A stretch of DNA of 64,000 bases from Bacteroidota bacterium (GTDB lineage: Bacteria > Bacteroidota > Bacteroidia > 2-12-FULL-35-15), in the NCBI GenBank assembly GCA_947466965.1, contig CANIFU010000007.1:2249-66248 (forward strand), read 5' to 3'. The notes below the pieces were generated by a model. The model worked only from the letters and a program-made list of their open reading frames with translations. It did not search any database and had not been told where the DNA came from. The translations under genes were made by a program, and so were the position numbers. Shown here piece after piece: positions 62,763 through 64,000 of the stretch (the stretch's first letter is position 1; every line of letters begins with the position of its first letter).

Positions 62763-63455
62763 ATGGAAAAGAAAACACCAAGAGAATTGATCTTAAAAGC
62801 GCTTGTCGAGAAGTCGAGCATGAAGCAGGATGTGTATGCGAATACATTGAGTTCCTTTAATACCTTGAAAGCGGTCGCAAAGGAAGTATTGGCTGAGATG
62901 TCAAAGGACATTGCGACAAAAGATAAACGGGTGATCATTGAGTACCGCGAAAAAGGTGAATTTGAGTTCGAGATCAGAATTGCTGGCGATCTATTGATCT
63001 TCTCGATGCATACAAATATTTTTGAATTTGACAGGAGCCATCCGATCTGGAAGAGTTCGTATATAAAAGAAGATCATTTTCGGACTTTCTGCGGGATGAT
63101 CAACATCTATAATTTTCTGAACGATTCATTCAAATATAACAGAATAAATGATTTAGGTTATGTGATTGGGCGAATCTTTGTAAATAAAGAAAACCATTAT
63201 TTTGTGGAAGGAAAAAGACAGTTGGGTTTCTTGTATAACGACTTTGTGCATGCTGTTATAGATGAGCATGCGATCAAGGCAATTTTGGAATCAACGATAC
63301 TGTATTGCTTAAATTTCGACCTGTATACCCCGCCATTTGACGCCATTAAGGAAATTAGTGTGATGGATATGCAGTCGGTTAGTGAAAGTATGCAGATAAA
63401 AACAGGAAAACGCTTAGGCTTTCGTTTTCAAGCAGATAGTGATTCAATTGATTGA
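62763..63455 (+). CDS. hypothetical cytoplasmic protein
   Basis: 230-aa ORF with no signal peptide and no recognisable motif. Lies between proS and tRNA-Glu. Confidence 0.5.
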   Translation: MEKKTPRELILKALVEKSSMKQDVYANTLSSFNTLKAVAKEVLAEMSKDIATKDKRVIIEYREKGEFEFEIRIAGDLLIFSMHTNIFEFDRSHPIWKSSYIKEDHFRTFCGMINIYNFLNDSFKYNRINDLGYVIGRIFVNKENHYFVEGKRQLGFLYNDFVHAVIDEHAIKAILESTILYCLNFDLYTPPFDAIKEISVMDMQSVSESMQIKTGKRLGFRFQADSDSID

Positions 63456-63480
63456 TTTTTATTTAAAGTTTTAAAAATAT

Positions 63481-63511
63481 TTTGCAGAAATAGAATTTTC
63501 ATTTACATTTG
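63481..63511 (+). promoter_or_regulatory. putative promoter for tRNA-Glu (-33 TTTG, -7 TACATTTG)
   Basis: TTTG at 63481..63484, then 19-bp spacing to TACATTTG at 63504..63511. The tRNA starts 18 bp downstream. Confidence 0.5.
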
Positions 63512-63528
63512 CACTCCCAAAATCAAAG

Positions 63529-63600
63529 GGCCCGTTCGTCTAGGGGTTAGGACGCCAGGTTTTCATCCTGGTAAGAGGGGTTCGATTCCCCTACGGGCTA
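63529..63600 (+). tRNA. tRNA-Glu (anticodon TTC)
   Basis: GGCCCGTTCGTCTAGGGGTTAGGACGCCAGGTTTTCATCCTGGTAAGAGGGGTTCGATTCCCCTACGGGCTA. 7-bp acceptor stem (G1-U72 wobble), D-arm, anticodon stem CCAGG/CCTGG with loop TTTTCAT, and T-arm GGGGTTCGATTCCCC. Confidence 0.9.
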
Positions 63601-63616
63601 CAATAAACAACATCTA

Positions 63617-63652
63617 AATCCTTGCAAATCAATAGATTGCAAGGATTTTTTC
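63617..63652 (+). terminator. rho-independent terminator after tRNA-Glu
   Basis: AAATCCTTGCAAATCAATAGATTGCAAGGATTTTTTCTTTT. Confidence 0.8.
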
Positions 63653-63723
63653 TTTTGTAGGTGGATTTGTAGGTGGACTTTCGCTATATTAGCTGTAAAA
63701 TCAACCCTTTAAAACTAATCAAA

Positions 63724-64000
63724 ATGAAAGCTGCATTAGAATTATCTTCGAAACCGAACAGAGATGGGTTGTTTGAAATTTACATCCGTATTCAAGAGGG
63801 TAAAAAGAAGAAAAGAATTAAAGCGAATATTGCTGTAAAGCAAAATCAATTTAAAGCTAAAAATCATAATCTGAAATGGGTGTACAATCATCCAAATCAA
63901 CACGCTATTAATTCTGACCTAAAAGCGTTGATTGAAAGTTATAATGATGTGCTTTTTGCTAATGCCGTTTTGAATGATAGATTTTCTCTTCAGAAAGTTG
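63724..64000 (+). CDS. tyrosine-type site-specific integrase, N-terminal arm-DNA-binding domain (3' end outside window)
   Basis: MKAALELSSKPNRDGLFEIYIRIQEGKKKKRIKANIAVKQNQF... matches the Bacteroidota integrase arm-binding N-terminus (KxxxxGLxPIYIRI pattern). Located directly 3' of a tRNA gene. Confidence 0.75.
   Translation, partial: MKAALELSSKPNRDGLFEIYIRIQEGKKKKRIKANIAVKQNQFKAKNHNLKWVYNHPNQHAINSDLKALIESYNDVLFANAVLNDRFSLQKV

Overview
This is a low-GC chromosomal segment from a Bacteroidota genome, judged by Por/T9SS C-terminal sorting domains, TAnnTTTG -7 promoter boxes and lipoprotein/OMP content. It carries about 60 densely packed protein-coding genes, mostly housekeeping: pheT, alaS, proS, gatB, eno, gap, gltA, fabD, lipA, folE, queD, ung, lpxH-like, lpxK, a punA-type purine nucleoside phosphorylase, hutU, rmuC, rlmB, hldD, and the futalosine-pathway menaquinone genes mqnB and mqnD. 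Interspersed are accessory or secreted proteins. Three carry T9SS C-terminal domains: an M1 aminopeptidase, a PETase/cutinase-like serine hydrolase and a choice-of-anchor-B beta-propeller. There are also a pentapeptide-repeat protein flanked by short direct/inverted repeats, and two paralogous Tyr/Trp-rich low-complexity secreted proteins, one ending in an 18-bp tandem-repeat array. One tRNA-Glu(TTC) sits near the 3' end and is followed immediately by the 5' end of a tyrosine integrase, which probably marks the start of an integrated island extending beyond the window. No rRNA, CRISPR array or obvious defence operon was seen. Rho-independent terminators were identified after pheT, gltA, alaS, the zinc-ribbon gene, the GltS-like gene and the tRNA, among others.
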